The notes under the pieces were generated by a model, which was given only the letters and a program-made list of their open reading frames with translations, made no database searches and had not been told where the DNA came from. From NCBI GenBank assembly GCA_016933055.1, contig JAFGBS010000021.1, positions 30,001 through 62,000 on the forward strand: a stretch of 32,000 bases of DNA. Direction: 5' to 3'. The DNA comes from Promethearchaeota archaeon. Lineage in GTDB: Archaea; Asgardarchaeota; Lokiarchaeia; Sigyniarchaeales; Promethearchaeaceae. Position numbers and translations under genes: made by a program. How positions within the stretch are numbered: position 1 is the first letter of the stretch; each line of letters starts with the position of its first letter. Of this stretch, positions 9,610 to 19,854 are shown piece by piece.

Positions 9610-12603
9610 TTAGTATCCACGTTTCTTCTTGCGCAGGAGGAGAAAAGCCACTAAGCCCCCAATTATTGCAACTAAACCCACTGCACCTACAGTGTAGTAC
9701 CATGTCCATACGAAAGAACTAACACTAAAAGAGAGCGAAGGATAACCAAAATGACCCGCATATATCTGGACCGTCACTAATCCATCAGCATTATCAGGGG
9801 ATATGTCAAATTCCATCAAAATATATTCAGTAATAAAACCTAATTCAGCAGAATATTGTTCCGTTCCAGTGAATGCTGCATAATAGCTCCCGTCCGTTCG
9901 TATTGTATAACTGGTCAAAGAGAGTGGAAAATACAAGTTGACACTCGTAACGGTGCCATAAGAAACATTCATGGTAATCTGAGACCAATCATATTGTCCA
10001 TTACGTGCCGGTAATAATTTTACATACGCATAGTCAAGATCGGAGGCATTATAATTCAGTGTATGTCCATAATCTGTGAATTCTGTAAAGTTGATATCCG
10101 CTGAATGAGTTGCTGGAGGATCCCTCCCAAGTGTGTATTCCTGTTGGATCCAGATATCTTGTCGATAAACGGCGACAGAAAATATCATATCTGCAGTAAA
10201 TTTTTCAGTTACACCCGTATTGGAACCGTTGTAATTATAAATTGCCATGTCTTCCGTCGAGAAGAACATCAACGCTTTTTGATAATTAAAGTTGTAATCC
10301 AATCCAAAACCTGCATCATTAATGGAAGGTCCATCTTGTGCATTATCCACTATAATCCCACTAGCCCACTCTGTTTCTCCCGATGTGTCATCATAATAGG
10401 GGTCTCCCAGAGGTCCTATGTCATACCCAAATTCAATATTCAAATCAAATCGGATCTTAACAAATTTTTTCAGTGTGAAGTCATTAACTGTTGGCACCGT
10501 CGCTGCTGAAGTGTTACAGTATATTCTTATCAGATATAAGGGCCTATCTCCCGTGTCAGGGACACCTGTCCCAGTGCTATTAGTGGTAGTTTGCACATAA
10601 TTCCAGTTAGTTAAAGTATCAGGATCCCATGAAGTCGTACCACTCTGTTGAAGACTTCCCGATGCTGTTTTGGAACCATCAACGAAATCGTGTGTAGAGG
10701 GATTAAAATCTAACCATCCACCAGTTGATCGATATTGCCATACAAATGCATCCGTATCCGAAGCTGAACCCAATGCTACATTTACCCCTGAAAATTTATC
10801 ATATGCTCCGATAATAAATGCATCTCCAGTAGTTGCTCCTGTAGTTTTAATGGGCAATGGTGATGTTCCTGTATAATCAACAAAACCTGGTGTACTTGCA
10901 TCAAAAAGAAACTCGAGATCGGGATTTAAATTCACATTGAAGATATTGGGATTTTTATCCAAATTTAATGAAATATTGTAGCCATAATGACGGAATTCCT
11001 CATCTACATCCCAAATTAGAGCGTTCCCATGAGTAGCACCTAGTGGATCGGGCATATTATCCCATGCCGATAGAGTAATATCTTTAAATTGACTAGATAT
11101 TAAATCGACATTGGGATTTTTTAGAACGTAGGTTGTTTTTTCAGCTTCTGTAAAAGTAGTGGTTAATCGCAAATACTCATTTCCACCGCTTCCAGAGTGT
11201 TCAAATCCAAATCTATATGTGCCTTTGCTAATTAAGATGTTCACCGAATAATTACCGGAAGAAACCAAGTGTGTATCGATATTTTCGTATATACCAATAG
11301 TTCTAACATGATTATCACAAATTTCTACAATATAGGGATCAGATTCAATGAGATCGGGAGAATTGGGTCCTACGGATTCAAATTGTAATGACAATACTCC
11401 CGGATTGCGAGTACGCACGAACTTTCCTACAGCTTGTTCTTGAAGAGTAACGATTACTAATTCAGAATCATCTAAATCGATCCTATCCGACTTTATTTCA
11501 CTGAATTCTAGCGAAAATTTGGGTATATTTGATTCAGCGACTCCCGGAGATGCCCATGTAAAGTAATTCGGAGTATCTATAACGATATATATATTCGATC
11601 CCCCTAAAGGATTATAAATATTATTGTATCCCGTTGACAATCCAGTATGTGTGAAGGAATTTGCGGATTCATAGAAAATCCTACGATTAGATCCTCCAGG
11701 ATCATTGAATTCAAAATCCAAAGAATACACATAATAATTTAGTAAATCAATATTCATTTCGTAAACATATTTTTGGTATTCTGGATTTAGGATTTCGGAA
11801 GATCCCGGAAGAACTCCATCATGGATAGTTGATCCGCTTCGGATTGTTTGCGATTTGAAGTACTCACAGCGCAAAGTGACGAAACTCGCTCCGGTAGTAA
11901 ACGTCATCGTATATTTTCCTATCTCAAATGCAGCAAAGTAGAAATAACGACCTAAAGTTGATCCTCCTATGAACCGATTATTCGGAAGTTGCGTTTGAAT
12001 TATATTTACATATTTACCAGAGGGGGATATAATGGTAGGCGTTAATGCTACATCATTATACCAAATCTGATGAATGCCAGTTCTTGTGGCAGTAATATCG
12101 ACTTCCGGTATCAAACCACTATCCATTTGAATTTCAATCGAATCCCCCTCTCCCAATTTATATCTATCCACAACTAATGATACTTTATAATCCCCAAATT
12201 TGTCACTATTATTTGCTACATTAACGTAATAAGTAGCTTCATCACTCTTAAGACCATAACTGTTATAATAGGAAATATCGGTGCCCAATGTAACTGGATA
12301 ATATAATTCCGCTTCGGGATCATCTGGAACGCTTGAGGATCCCCCAACCGGATTACCAACCCAATCTTGTAAGGTAAAAGTCCCGGGTTTATTTCCATGA
12401 ATTTGTATCGAGGCGAACATAGAACTCTGAGGAGTAATAGCAACCTTCGAATAAGGATTTTCTGAAGATGTTGTTACTGTTGCGTCGTCATAACTATGGG
12501 ATTTAGCACTTACCAAAACGGGCATGCATAATATGAACACAACAGCGATTAGAATTATTTTTGTGATATGTTTAGTTTTTAGTTTCATAAAATCAATCCT
12601 CAT
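9610..12603 (-). CDS. Large cell-surface protein, signal peptide plus C-terminal TM anchor
   Basis: 997 aa (likely start ATG 12588, MKLKTK). Basic N-region, hydrophobic core and AxA-like site (VSA-KS). Ser/Thr/Gly/Tyr-rich beta-type body, C-terminal TM then RKKKRGY. At least 9 N-x-S/T sequons. Confidence 0.85.
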   Translation of the reverse strand: MRIDFMKLKTKHITKIILIAVVFILCMPVLVSAKSHSYDDATVTTSSENPYSKVAITPQSSMFASIQIHGNKPGTFTLQDWVGNPVGGSSSVPDDPEAELYYPVTLGTDISYYNSYGLKSDEATYYVNVANNSDKFGDYKVSLVVDRYKLGEGDSIEIQMDSGLIPEVDITATRTGIHQIWYNDVALTPTIISPSGKYVNIIQTQLPNNRFIGGSTLGRYFYFAAFEIGKYTMTFTTGASFVTLRCEYFKSQTIRSGSTIHDGVLPGSSEILNPEYQKYVYEMNIDLLNYYVYSLDFEFNDPGGSNRRIFYESANSFTHTGLSTGYNNIYNPLGGSNIYIVIDTPNYFTWASPGVAESNIPKFSLEFSEIKSDRIDLDDSELVIVTLQEQAVGKFVRTRNPGVLSLQFESVGPNSPDLIESDPYIVEICDNHVRTIGIYENIDTHLVSSGNYSVNILISKGTYRFGFEHSGSGGNEYLRLTTTFTEAEKTTYVLKNPNVDLISSQFKDITLSAWDNMPDPLGATHGNALIWDVDEEFRHYGYNISLNLDKNPNIFNVNLNPDLEFLFDASTPGFVDYTGTSPLPIKTTGATTGDAFIIGAYDKFSGVNVALGSASDTDAFVWQYRSTGGWLDFNPSTHDFVDGSKTASGSLQQSGTTSWDPDTLTNWNYVQTTTNSTGTGVPDTGDRPLYLIRIYCNTSAATVPTVNDFTLKKFVKIRFDLNIEFGYDIGPLGDPYYDDTSGETEWASGIIVDNAQDGPSINDAGFGLDYNFNYQKALMFFSTEDMAIYNYNGSNTGVTEKFTADMIFSVAVYRQDIWIQQEYTLGRDPPATHSADINFTEFTDYGHTLNYNASDLDYAYVKLLPARNGQYDWSQITMNVSYGTVTSVNLYFPLSLTSYTIRTDGSYYAAFTGTEQYSAELGFITEYILMEFDISPDNADGLVTVQIYAGHFGYPSLSFSVSSFVWTWYYTVGAVGLVAIIGGLVAFLLLRKKKRGY

Positions 12604-12756
12604 AAAGAGTTATAGGAGAAAAAACAGATCGCAATAAAAAACCTATGTATGGTTTAAATATTTAGCACTAATTCCTTTATCATCTCTATCATAACTATCT
12701 CATGATTCCTGAAAAAATTGGAAATCAGAATGTAACTATCATTAACAACAAAATTT

Positions 12757-15705
12757 ATGATACTCTATGAGAATGATACTGCTATGAGAAAAAAACGGCT
12801 GGGTATAGAACACTATTATGATTCGGTAATTTATTCACCCTCATATGTAAAATTGAAAAAATTATTGCATGATTCCAATTATTTGTATTATAAAATCCCT
12901 ATGAGAATCAAACGGTTAGAGTGGTTTTCTAAAATTTTACAGCATATTCCTCTACCTTTTAGTCCAACTACCTATTTTAAGTTGGAAGATTTTGATATTT
13001 ATCCAATTGCCCAGTCACATTTGGATGCTGCGTGGTTATGGACAGTAAATGATACTAAAGTGAGAGCATATAAGACCTTTTATGCAGCACTTAAACATAT
13101 TAATCAATATCCCTACTTCAGCGTTTCAATGACTAGCCCCCAATATTTCAATTGGATTAAACGGTATGATCCTGAAATGTGGGAGCGAGTGAAACAACAA
13201 GTTGCCCAAAATAAAATAGACACTGTTGGAGGCATGTGGGTCGAGCCAGCATTGCGATTGTGTTCGGGTGAGTCTTTAGTACGACAACGATTATATGGGC
13301 AGTTATTTTATTTGCGTAACTTTGGAAAAACTAGCAAGGTTGAATCATTATTAGATGTATTCGGATTTCCGTATTCATTACCCCAAATCCTAGTAAAATC
13401 AGGTGCGGAGTCATTTTGGACTACAAAACTCACATGGAATGATTATTCTCCATTCCCTTTTTCTAATTTCATGTGGAGGGGATTGGATGGAACCGAAATA
13501 TTTTCTCATATGTTCAAGTTTCAAATTATGGCGATGATTGATTTTGGTTTATATCGTCGTATGGCACGAAAACCTAGAATAAAAGGTTTAGTGTTTAATT
13601 CTCATAACTCTCTCAAGGAAATGAATGACGCTTTATCCGATGAACATGTTCGGACCTTAGGATTGTTTTATGGAAAGGGAGATGGAGGAAAAGGACCGAT
13701 TTTCACCGAAATCCAATACATGGAAAATCTTGCGAAATTTTATGGATTCAAGCATACGAATACTCACCGATATTTCGAGATATTAAAGGAGGATGTTGGT
13801 GACATAATCATAACTTGGGATGACGAATTATATTTGGAATATCATCGTGGATGTTTAACAACTCAAGCACGTGTTAAGAAAGGTAATCGATGTTCTGAGG
13901 AAGTGGTTATTGCCGCTGAATGTTTAAATACCACGATGTTGTTAACACCCCAATTAGACAAACATATCTATCCCAAAAAACTATTTGATGATTGTTGGCA
14001 AAAAATCCTTTTTAACCAATTTCATGATATTCTCCCCGGTTCTTCTATACCTGAAGTATATCTGCTAACTTGGAAGGAGCATGATTATGTAATAGAAAAT
14101 ATGCGATCCATGTTAAAGAACTGTTTATCACAAATTGAAACCGCGCTTCCTAGAATAAAGGGAGATATTATTATATATAATCCAGTTTCAGTGAAGAATG
14201 ATGGGATAATTAAAGATAATAACGATGAATATTTCATAAAAAATATTGAACCTTTCTCTGTTCTTATTTTAAGTAAAGAAGAACTTCAGAAACGGAACGA
14301 AACCTATAAACACGAAATTTCTATAGAATCTGGAAAATCTTCAATAAACGTGGAAAATGAATATCTAACCATAGCAGTCTCAAAAAAGTCAGGAAATCTT
14401 ATAGAATTGAACTTGAAACATCAACAAGCTATAACAAATTTTCTATATGGAGAAAGGAATGAAATTAAAGAAAGTACCGAAAAACTAGTAATGAAGGATA
14501 ATACCATAAAAAAGCATCATTTACGGTTTAAGGGAGCTCGAATCCACGCATTTCGGGAATTTATGAAACGAGGACAAGCATATCCTGCGTGGAATATTGA
14601 TAAATCCTACACAAAACATCCACTTGAGGTAAAGCTCGTAGAAGAACCGAAAGTGGAGAGTTTTCCAACTAAAGCTGAAGTCACTAGTAAATTTATGATC
14701 AAGCATTCTTACGTAGAGATAAAATATACGATACGAGCTCAATCAGATTTCGTAGATGTCGATTTTAGAATCGATTTCAATGATAACAAGACATTGCTGA
14801 AATATTTCATCCCTCTAAACCTACAGTCTGAGAATATCAGATGTGAAATTCCATATGGATCGGTTGTTCGAAATAGAAATCCGAAAACCGAAATGGAAAA
14901 GGGTAAATGGGAATTTGGAATGCAAAAATGGGTAGATATTAGTGATCTGGATGTGGGTTTGGCAATATTGAATGATTCAAAATACGGATTGTCTGCAAAT
15001 ATGAAAGGAATTTCCATCACATTGGTTCGTTCTCCCCATTATCCCAAAGATCCTTTCCACACGCGAGAAATTAAATTCAAACCAGAAGAACGACCGAATT
15101 ATACCGATCTTGGATTCCATGAATTCCAATTGCGAATCGTTCCCCATAAAGGTAATTGGATTAATCACAGAATACCCCATAAAGCTTTGGCATTTAATAA
15201 TCCAGTAATCTCTATAAGGACAAAAGTACTTTCTCAAGAAAATAATATTCCTTCTGAATCTCGCTTAAATGCTAATTCGTGTCAAACACAAGGATTAGAA
15301 GGTTATCAAGTTGTATTACCGAAAATTACCTCTGATCATCAAAACATAATTATATCTACCTTTAAACCCTCTGAGTGGATCAGTAAAGAAACCGAAGAAT
15401 TCAAAGTAGACAAAAAATATTCAAATGAAGATTTTGACTTACCTGAATCTCCCAGTGATTGGATCTGGGATGGAAAAACCCTCATTATAAGAGCATTTGA
15501 ATGCGGGGGTTCCCAGATTTCAAGTAGTCTTCGATTACATCACTTACCAGATTCTATAGAAATTACAGCTGAGGAAATAGATTTACTGGAATACAAAATA
15601 GGTAAAAAATTAGAAGTTATCCGGAATTCAGCAAATAATACTATAGTCATTCGGACAGAATTCACACCCTACGAGATTAAAACCATCCGTTTGATTATAG
15701 AATGA
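12757..15705 (+). CDS. GH38 alpha-mannosidase
   Basis: SHLDAAWLW (Zn His/Asp), GGMWVEP, GESLVRQRLYGQ, LDVFG (nucleophile Asp), GKGDGGKGP, ELYLEYHRG, QFHDILPGS. No signal peptide. Confidence 0.95.
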   Translation: MILYENDTAMRKKRLGIEHYYDSVIYSPSYVKLKKLLHDSNYLYYKIPMRIKRLEWFSKILQHIPLPFSPTTYFKLEDFDIYPIAQSHLDAAWLWTVNDTKVRAYKTFYAALKHINQYPYFSVSMTSPQYFNWIKRYDPEMWERVKQQVAQNKIDTVGGMWVEPALRLCSGESLVRQRLYGQLFYLRNFGKTSKVESLLDVFGFPYSLPQILVKSGAESFWTTKLTWNDYSPFPFSNFMWRGLDGTEIFSHMFKFQIMAMIDFGLYRRMARKPRIKGLVFNSHNSLKEMNDALSDEHVRTLGLFYGKGDGGKGPIFTEIQYMENLAKFYGFKHTNTHRYFEILKEDVGDIIITWDDELYLEYHRGCLTTQARVKKGNRCSEEVVIAAECLNTTMLLTPQLDKHIYPKKLFDDCWQKILFNQFHDILPGSSIPEVYLLTWKEHDYVIENMRSMLKNCLSQIETALPRIKGDIIIYNPVSVKNDGIIKDNNDEYFIKNIEPFSVLILSKEELQKRNETYKHEISIESGKSSINVENEYLTIAVSKKSGNLIELNLKHQQAITNFLYGERNEIKESTEKLVMKDNTIKKHHLRFKGARIHAFREFMKRGQAYPAWNIDKSYTKHPLEVKLVEEPKVESFPTKAEVTSKFMIKHSYVEIKYTIRAQSDFVDVDFRIDFNDNKTLLKYFIPLNLQSENIRCEIPYGSVVRNRNPKTEMEKGKWEFGMQKWVDISDLDVGLAILNDSKYGLSANMKGISITLVRSPHYPKDPFHTREIKFKPEERPNYTDLGFHEFQLRIVPHKGNWINHRIPHKALAFNNPVISIRTKVLSQENNIPSESRLNANSCQTQGLEGYQVVLPKITSDHQNIIISTFKPSEWISKETEEFKVDKKYSNEDFDLPESPSDWIWDGKTLIIRAFECGGSQISSSLRLHHLPDSIEITAEEIDLLEYKIGKKLEVIRNSANNTIVIRTEFTPYEIKTIRLIIE

Positions 15706-15732
15706 TTAAAAATCTTGCAAAAAGAGATTGTG

Positions 15733-16983
15733 TTATTTTTTGTCAATTAAGTTTATGAATTCTAGTGAGATTCTTCTCACTTTATCCAAAGCTTCTGACT
15801 CTACTTTGTCCGCTGTATCACCAATTGTGTGATACCAGCGTTTAACCTCGGGTTTTTCGATATCCATCGCTTCTAAACTAGCTCCTTTAGAAAATCCACC
15901 TTGCACAATTGCAGACCCATCTGTAGCTCCAAAGGGTAGAACTCGACTTTCTAAAGGGATTCCGATGTTTTCCGCTGCCTGAATAACTTTTTCTACAATT
16001 TCGGGATCATATTGTACTCCCAATGTGACTTCTTTATTGATCACATGGAGATCATCAGATTTTGCGACACCATCAAAATTCAAGAAATAAAACGGTTTTT
16101 TCTTAAGTTCGTCCTTATGGCCTTTTACCCAACGTTTTGCACCCCGAAGACCTGCTTCTTCGGAACCGAATGCACAAAAAAGTATTTTGGTATTTTTAGG
16201 TACAAGATCTTTATTAAGAGTGAGAGATTCTGCAATTCCTTGCATTATGGCAATTCCACTTAAATTATCGTTAGCCCCCATAACCGTCCATTTTGTTTTG
16301 AAGAAAAATAGCAAAGAGGTCATAGGAACGGTGATAATAGCCACACCTATTCCAAAGTAGGAAAAAATTGTTCCAGGAACATTAAAAACCCAACTAGATA
16401 TGAAAAAAGCAAGTGAAAGCAATATGTATATAACCAGTAATATAGGCAATCCGACTAGAAAATAATTGAACGTTCTCGGCATATATAGATTAAAATTAAA
16501 CTGATAGGCAGAATCTAGATGCGCAGAAAACATCAAAGTCTGCTTCCAGTCATCCCTTGGATTAATCTCACCTATTACATTCACACTGGTCTCTTTAGGA
16601 TAAAAAAAATCCACGAACTCCGCATATCGTAGAAATTGCATGTAGAAAATGAACATTGCTAAAATCGCTGTGATTGCTGAAATTATGGGATAAATCCAGA
16701 AAAAAGGCAATCCAATAAGGAATAATAATGGAGAAAATATCGTAAAACTTAGAAATGCGCGTGGAGCAAGTTTAAACTCTTCTTTAGTTACATCATCACA
16801 ATATTTAGTAAATTCATCTTTCACAATTTCTGCAGCTTTATGTTCAGCAGCACTTCCTGCCTCTCGTGGACCCACTTCTTCACAAATCTTCACGAGAAAT
16901 TTATGCATGGTATTTTGACGAAATCCTTCTGGAATCTTGTTATCCTTCCATACTCTTCGAGACAGTTCCTTATTTTTCACCAT
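15733..16983 (-). CDS. M28 family metallopeptidase with inserted TM hairpins
   Basis: Zn ligands SAHLDS, GANDNLSG, GSEEAG, LNFDG and YHTIGD; two hydrophobic insertions. Confidence 0.9.
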   Translation of the reverse strand: MVKNKELSRRVWKDNKIPEGFRQNTMHKFLVKICEEVGPREAGSAAEHKAAEIVKDEFTKYCDDVTKEEFKLAPRAFLSFTIFSPLLFLIGLPFFWIYPIISAITAILAMFIFYMQFLRYAEFVDFFYPKETSVNVIGEINPRDDWKQTLMFSAHLDSAYQFNFNLYMPRTFNYFLVGLPILLVIYILLSLAFFISSWVFNVPGTIFSYFGIGVAIITVPMTSLLFFFKTKWTVMGANDNLSGIAIMQGIAESLTLNKDLVPKNTKILFCAFGSEEAGLRGAKRWVKGHKDELKKKPFYFLNFDGVAKSDDLHVINKEVTLGVQYDPEIVEKVIQAAENIGIPLESRVLPFGATDGSAIVQGGFSKGASLEAMDIEKPEVKRWYHTIGDTADKVESEALDKVRRISLEFINLIDKK

Positions 16984-17203
16984 ATATCCAGATCTGAGAT
17001 TATTCTTTAAAAATCTAGTACAAAATGGAATAATGATTTTAGATTATGGAAGAAGAGGCATTATGAATAATTCGAAAATCAGAGTAATAACTGCCGCAAT
17101 CCCAGCGGTAATTAACACAGCCCCAACCGGATTAAATTCCTTTTTAGACATGATAATTATCATATTATTCTCCAAAAAATATAAAAAATTATGGGTAACT
17201 TGT

Positions 17204-19009
17204 TCAAAAAAACTTCAATATAGATCCTTGTGATTGAGCTGGAGGAGGAATGTTCAGAATCGATGATAGAGTAGGAGCAATATGTATCAATTCCGTTAAC
17301 CCCTCAAGTTTCAATCCGTGTTCAACACTGGGACCTTTGAATATTATCGGAACACTATTGGAAAATGGTCCAAATCGCTTAGTTGGTAAATAATACGCAT
17401 GTGCACCAAAAATATGATCCGAATTATAACAAAGAGGTTTATCAATGAGATTGGTTCTAGCAGCATTCATAACTGCCAGATCATCATCGAATATATTATA
17501 AGGAGGATTGAGGAAATATACCACATCACCAATTCGTTTCCCATTCTGATGCAATTCTGGATGATCTTCTTTGCGCATCACCAAGTCAATAATCGGATTG
17601 TTATTTTCCGGGTCCTTTATGTCCTGTAACACGTCTATCACATGGTCCCTTATAGATTCATAATCTTTTTGATCTACTATTCCTTGGGGATCTCTACCCT
17701 TAAGATTAATCCAGATATAAGTGGGTTCACAATAAGGAAATACCTGAGATTTTGTCCAATCAATTTGATAATAATTCCCATTTTTCCTATAAGCCATTAA
17801 TCCAGCCTCTACTAGCGGTTTAACGATGTTCGCAATCCTCCAGCACGGAATAGCCCCATGATCCGAAATATACACAACTGTAGTATTTTCATCCACCACA
17901 CTATCAATCAAAATACCTACCATATCATCAACAATTGAATAGGCTGTTTGAACGTGATTAATCGCCATTTCAGCGGTTTTCTCATCATATTGGGGGTATT
18001 CAGGATGCAAGTGACCAAGCGTATTGTGATTTATGGTATCTAGGTGATGAACATGAAAATAACATAATTCCCATTTTAATTGTTTTCTTGCAAAATAAAT
18101 GGCATTGGCTATAGCTTGGGTTTCTTTACGAGCGAATTCTAGGACTTCGGTCATTTTCCCCTCAAATGTATATCCTACATTAGATTTCGTAGGATTTTCT
18201 TCGGGAAATTTTATATTTTTCAAAAGTTTTTCCGCAAAATCAGTTGAACTAGTCCATCCATGGGTATTGTATAGCGGAGAAATGATTAACTCAACTTTAG
18301 AACCATCTTGTGCTATTTCGCGTAAATAAAACCGGAATATTACAGGTAAATCCCGCCCTCGATATTGACTAAAACTATTGAACCACTCACTCCACTGTCC
18401 TTGTTGCATAGTGAATTTATGGTTACTATATCCATAATGCAGAGATTTTTTTTGTTTTATTTCAAATTTAATGGCTGTATTATTAGAAATATGGAGGGTG
18501 AAAGTGTTATTTCTGATGATAAGTTTTTTTTTTTTCGAGTTTGTAGAAAAAATTAGTGTCTTTTGTGATCGTATAATTGGAGGAAGAATAGTGGGAATCG
18601 GCCAGGAAAAAGCACTCATAATTCCAAATTTAAGATTTGCTAACCATCCAGCAGGATAATTAATGATAAATGAAGGAATTTGATGTCGATCGGCAGTTTC
18701 CCAGATATATTCTGCTGTAGTGAATTTCTTCAATTGGGAACGAGATCTTTGTGTGGCACCATAATCCAGCTCTTCCCCAGGAATATGGGTATAAAAACTG
18801 GTTGCCCCATGAACGGAAGTTGTAGCCCCTGTGGCGATTGTAGTCCAGTTCGTTGGTGTATCGCAAGGTACGCAAGAAAGCCCCTCTGCATAAACACCAG
18901 ATTCTATTAGATTTTTTATATTAGGTAAAAGTCCCTCATCGACAAATTTATCCAACAGATAGGGAATAGACTGATCGACACCGATTAATAGTACCTTGTT
19001 TCTATTCAT
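17204..19009 (-). CDS. Alkaline phosphatase superfamily (type I phosphodiesterase/nucleotide pyrophosphatase) protein
   Basis: LLIGVDQ, PCDTPTNWTTIATG (Thr nucleophile region), HHLDTINH, ISDHG, FGAH. The ORF-track start (19054) overlaps the SDR; ATG 19009 or 19018 is more likely. Confidence 0.88.
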   Translation of the reverse strand: MNRNKVLLIGVDQSIPYLLDKFVDEGLLPNIKNLIESGVYAEGLSCVPCDTPTNWTTIATGATTSVHGATSFYTHIPGEELDYGATQRSRSQLKKFTTAEYIWETADRHQIPSFIINYPAGWLANLKFGIMSAFSWPIPTILPPIIRSQKTLIFSTNSKKKKLIIRNNTFTLHISNNTAIKFEIKQKKSLHYGYSNHKFTMQQGQWSEWFNSFSQYRGRDLPVIFRFYLREIAQDGSKVELIISPLYNTHGWTSSTDFAEKLLKNIKFPEENPTKSNVGYTFEGKMTEVLEFARKETQAIANAIYFARKQLKWELCYFHVHHLDTINHNTLGHLHPEYPQYDEKTAEMAINHVQTAYSIVDDMVGILIDSVVDENTTVVYISDHGAIPCWRIANIVKPLVEAGLMAYRKNGNYYQIDWTKSQVFPYCEPTYIWINLKGRDPQGIVDQKDYESIRDHVIDVLQDIKDPENNNPIIDLVMRKEDHPELHQNGKRIGDVVYFLNPPYNIFDDDLAVMNAARTNLIDKPLCYNSDHIFGAHAYYLPTKRFGPFSNSVPIIFKGPSVEHGLKLEGLTELIHIAPTLSSILNIPPPAQSQGSILKFF

Positions 19010-19022
19010 CTGAACCATCTCA

Positions 19023-19814
19023 TTATAGGGAAGATTTAATAAAACCCCCATCAACAGGTATAACTTGTCCCGTAATATACGTATTTCTTCCCGATACTAA
19101 AAATGTGACGAAGGAACCGATTTCTTCTGGTTCTCCAAACCTACCAATTGGTATTTGGGAAGTTCGCGATTGAGTAATCTGTTCCTTCGTTTTTCCTTCT
19201 ACCTTTGCCCATCCTTGAATAACCTGTTGAAGACGTTCAGTGTTTATGGTACCTGGCATAACCACGTTTATTAAAATATTATCTCGACCCACTTCGTTAG
19301 CAAGAGTTTTTAGATATCCTACTACCGCAAGTCGTGTGGAATTTGATAGGACTAAATTTGGTAATGGTTGTTTTGCAGATACCGAGGTGATCGCTACAAC
19401 GCGACCGTAGGTTTTTTGCTGCATTAGTGGAATGAATGCTTTAGTTAACCGTACTACAGAGAGAAAATTTGTATTTAGGGCATTTTGCCATTGTTCTTCC
19501 GTCATTTCCAAAGATGATCCGGTTGGGGGACCCCCTGCATTTATAACTAAACCATCCAGTTTTTCGTATTTGCTAATAACGGTATTTTTCAGTTTTTCAA
19601 TGTCCTTCAGATTAGAGACATCCGAAACAATCCAATCAGGCTTTAATCCAGTGTCTAAAACAATTCTTTCAGCTGCATTTTTCAGATTTTTTTCCGATCG
19701 AGAGGAGAGAATTACGTGTGCTCCTTCCTCAGCGAGAATTTTTGCGCACGCATATCCAAGTCCTTTACTTGATCCAGTGATAAGAATTATTTTATCTTGG
19801 AATATGAGATCCAT
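19023..19814 (-). CDS. SDR family oxidoreductase, atypical (FabG-like subgroup lacking YxxxK)
   Basis: TGSSKGLG, NAGGPP, LSNSTR in place of YxxxK, MPGTINT, GRFGEPEEIG, ITGQVIPVDGG. Confidence 0.93.
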   Translation of the reverse strand: MDLIFQDKIILITGSSKGLGYACAKILAEEGAHVILSSRSEKNLKNAAERIVLDTGLKPDWIVSDVSNLKDIEKLKNTVISKYEKLDGLVINAGGPPTGSSLEMTEEQWQNALNTNFLSVVRLTKAFIPLMQQKTYGRVVAITSVSAKQPLPNLVLSNSTRLAVVGYLKTLANEVGRDNILINVVMPGTINTERLQQVIQGWAKVEGKTKEQITQSRTSQIPIGRFGEPEEIGSFVTFLVSGRNTYITGQVIPVDGGFIKSSL

Positions 19815-19854
19815 ACTTGGAGATATGGACCGATAATTTTAAATATACGACTTG

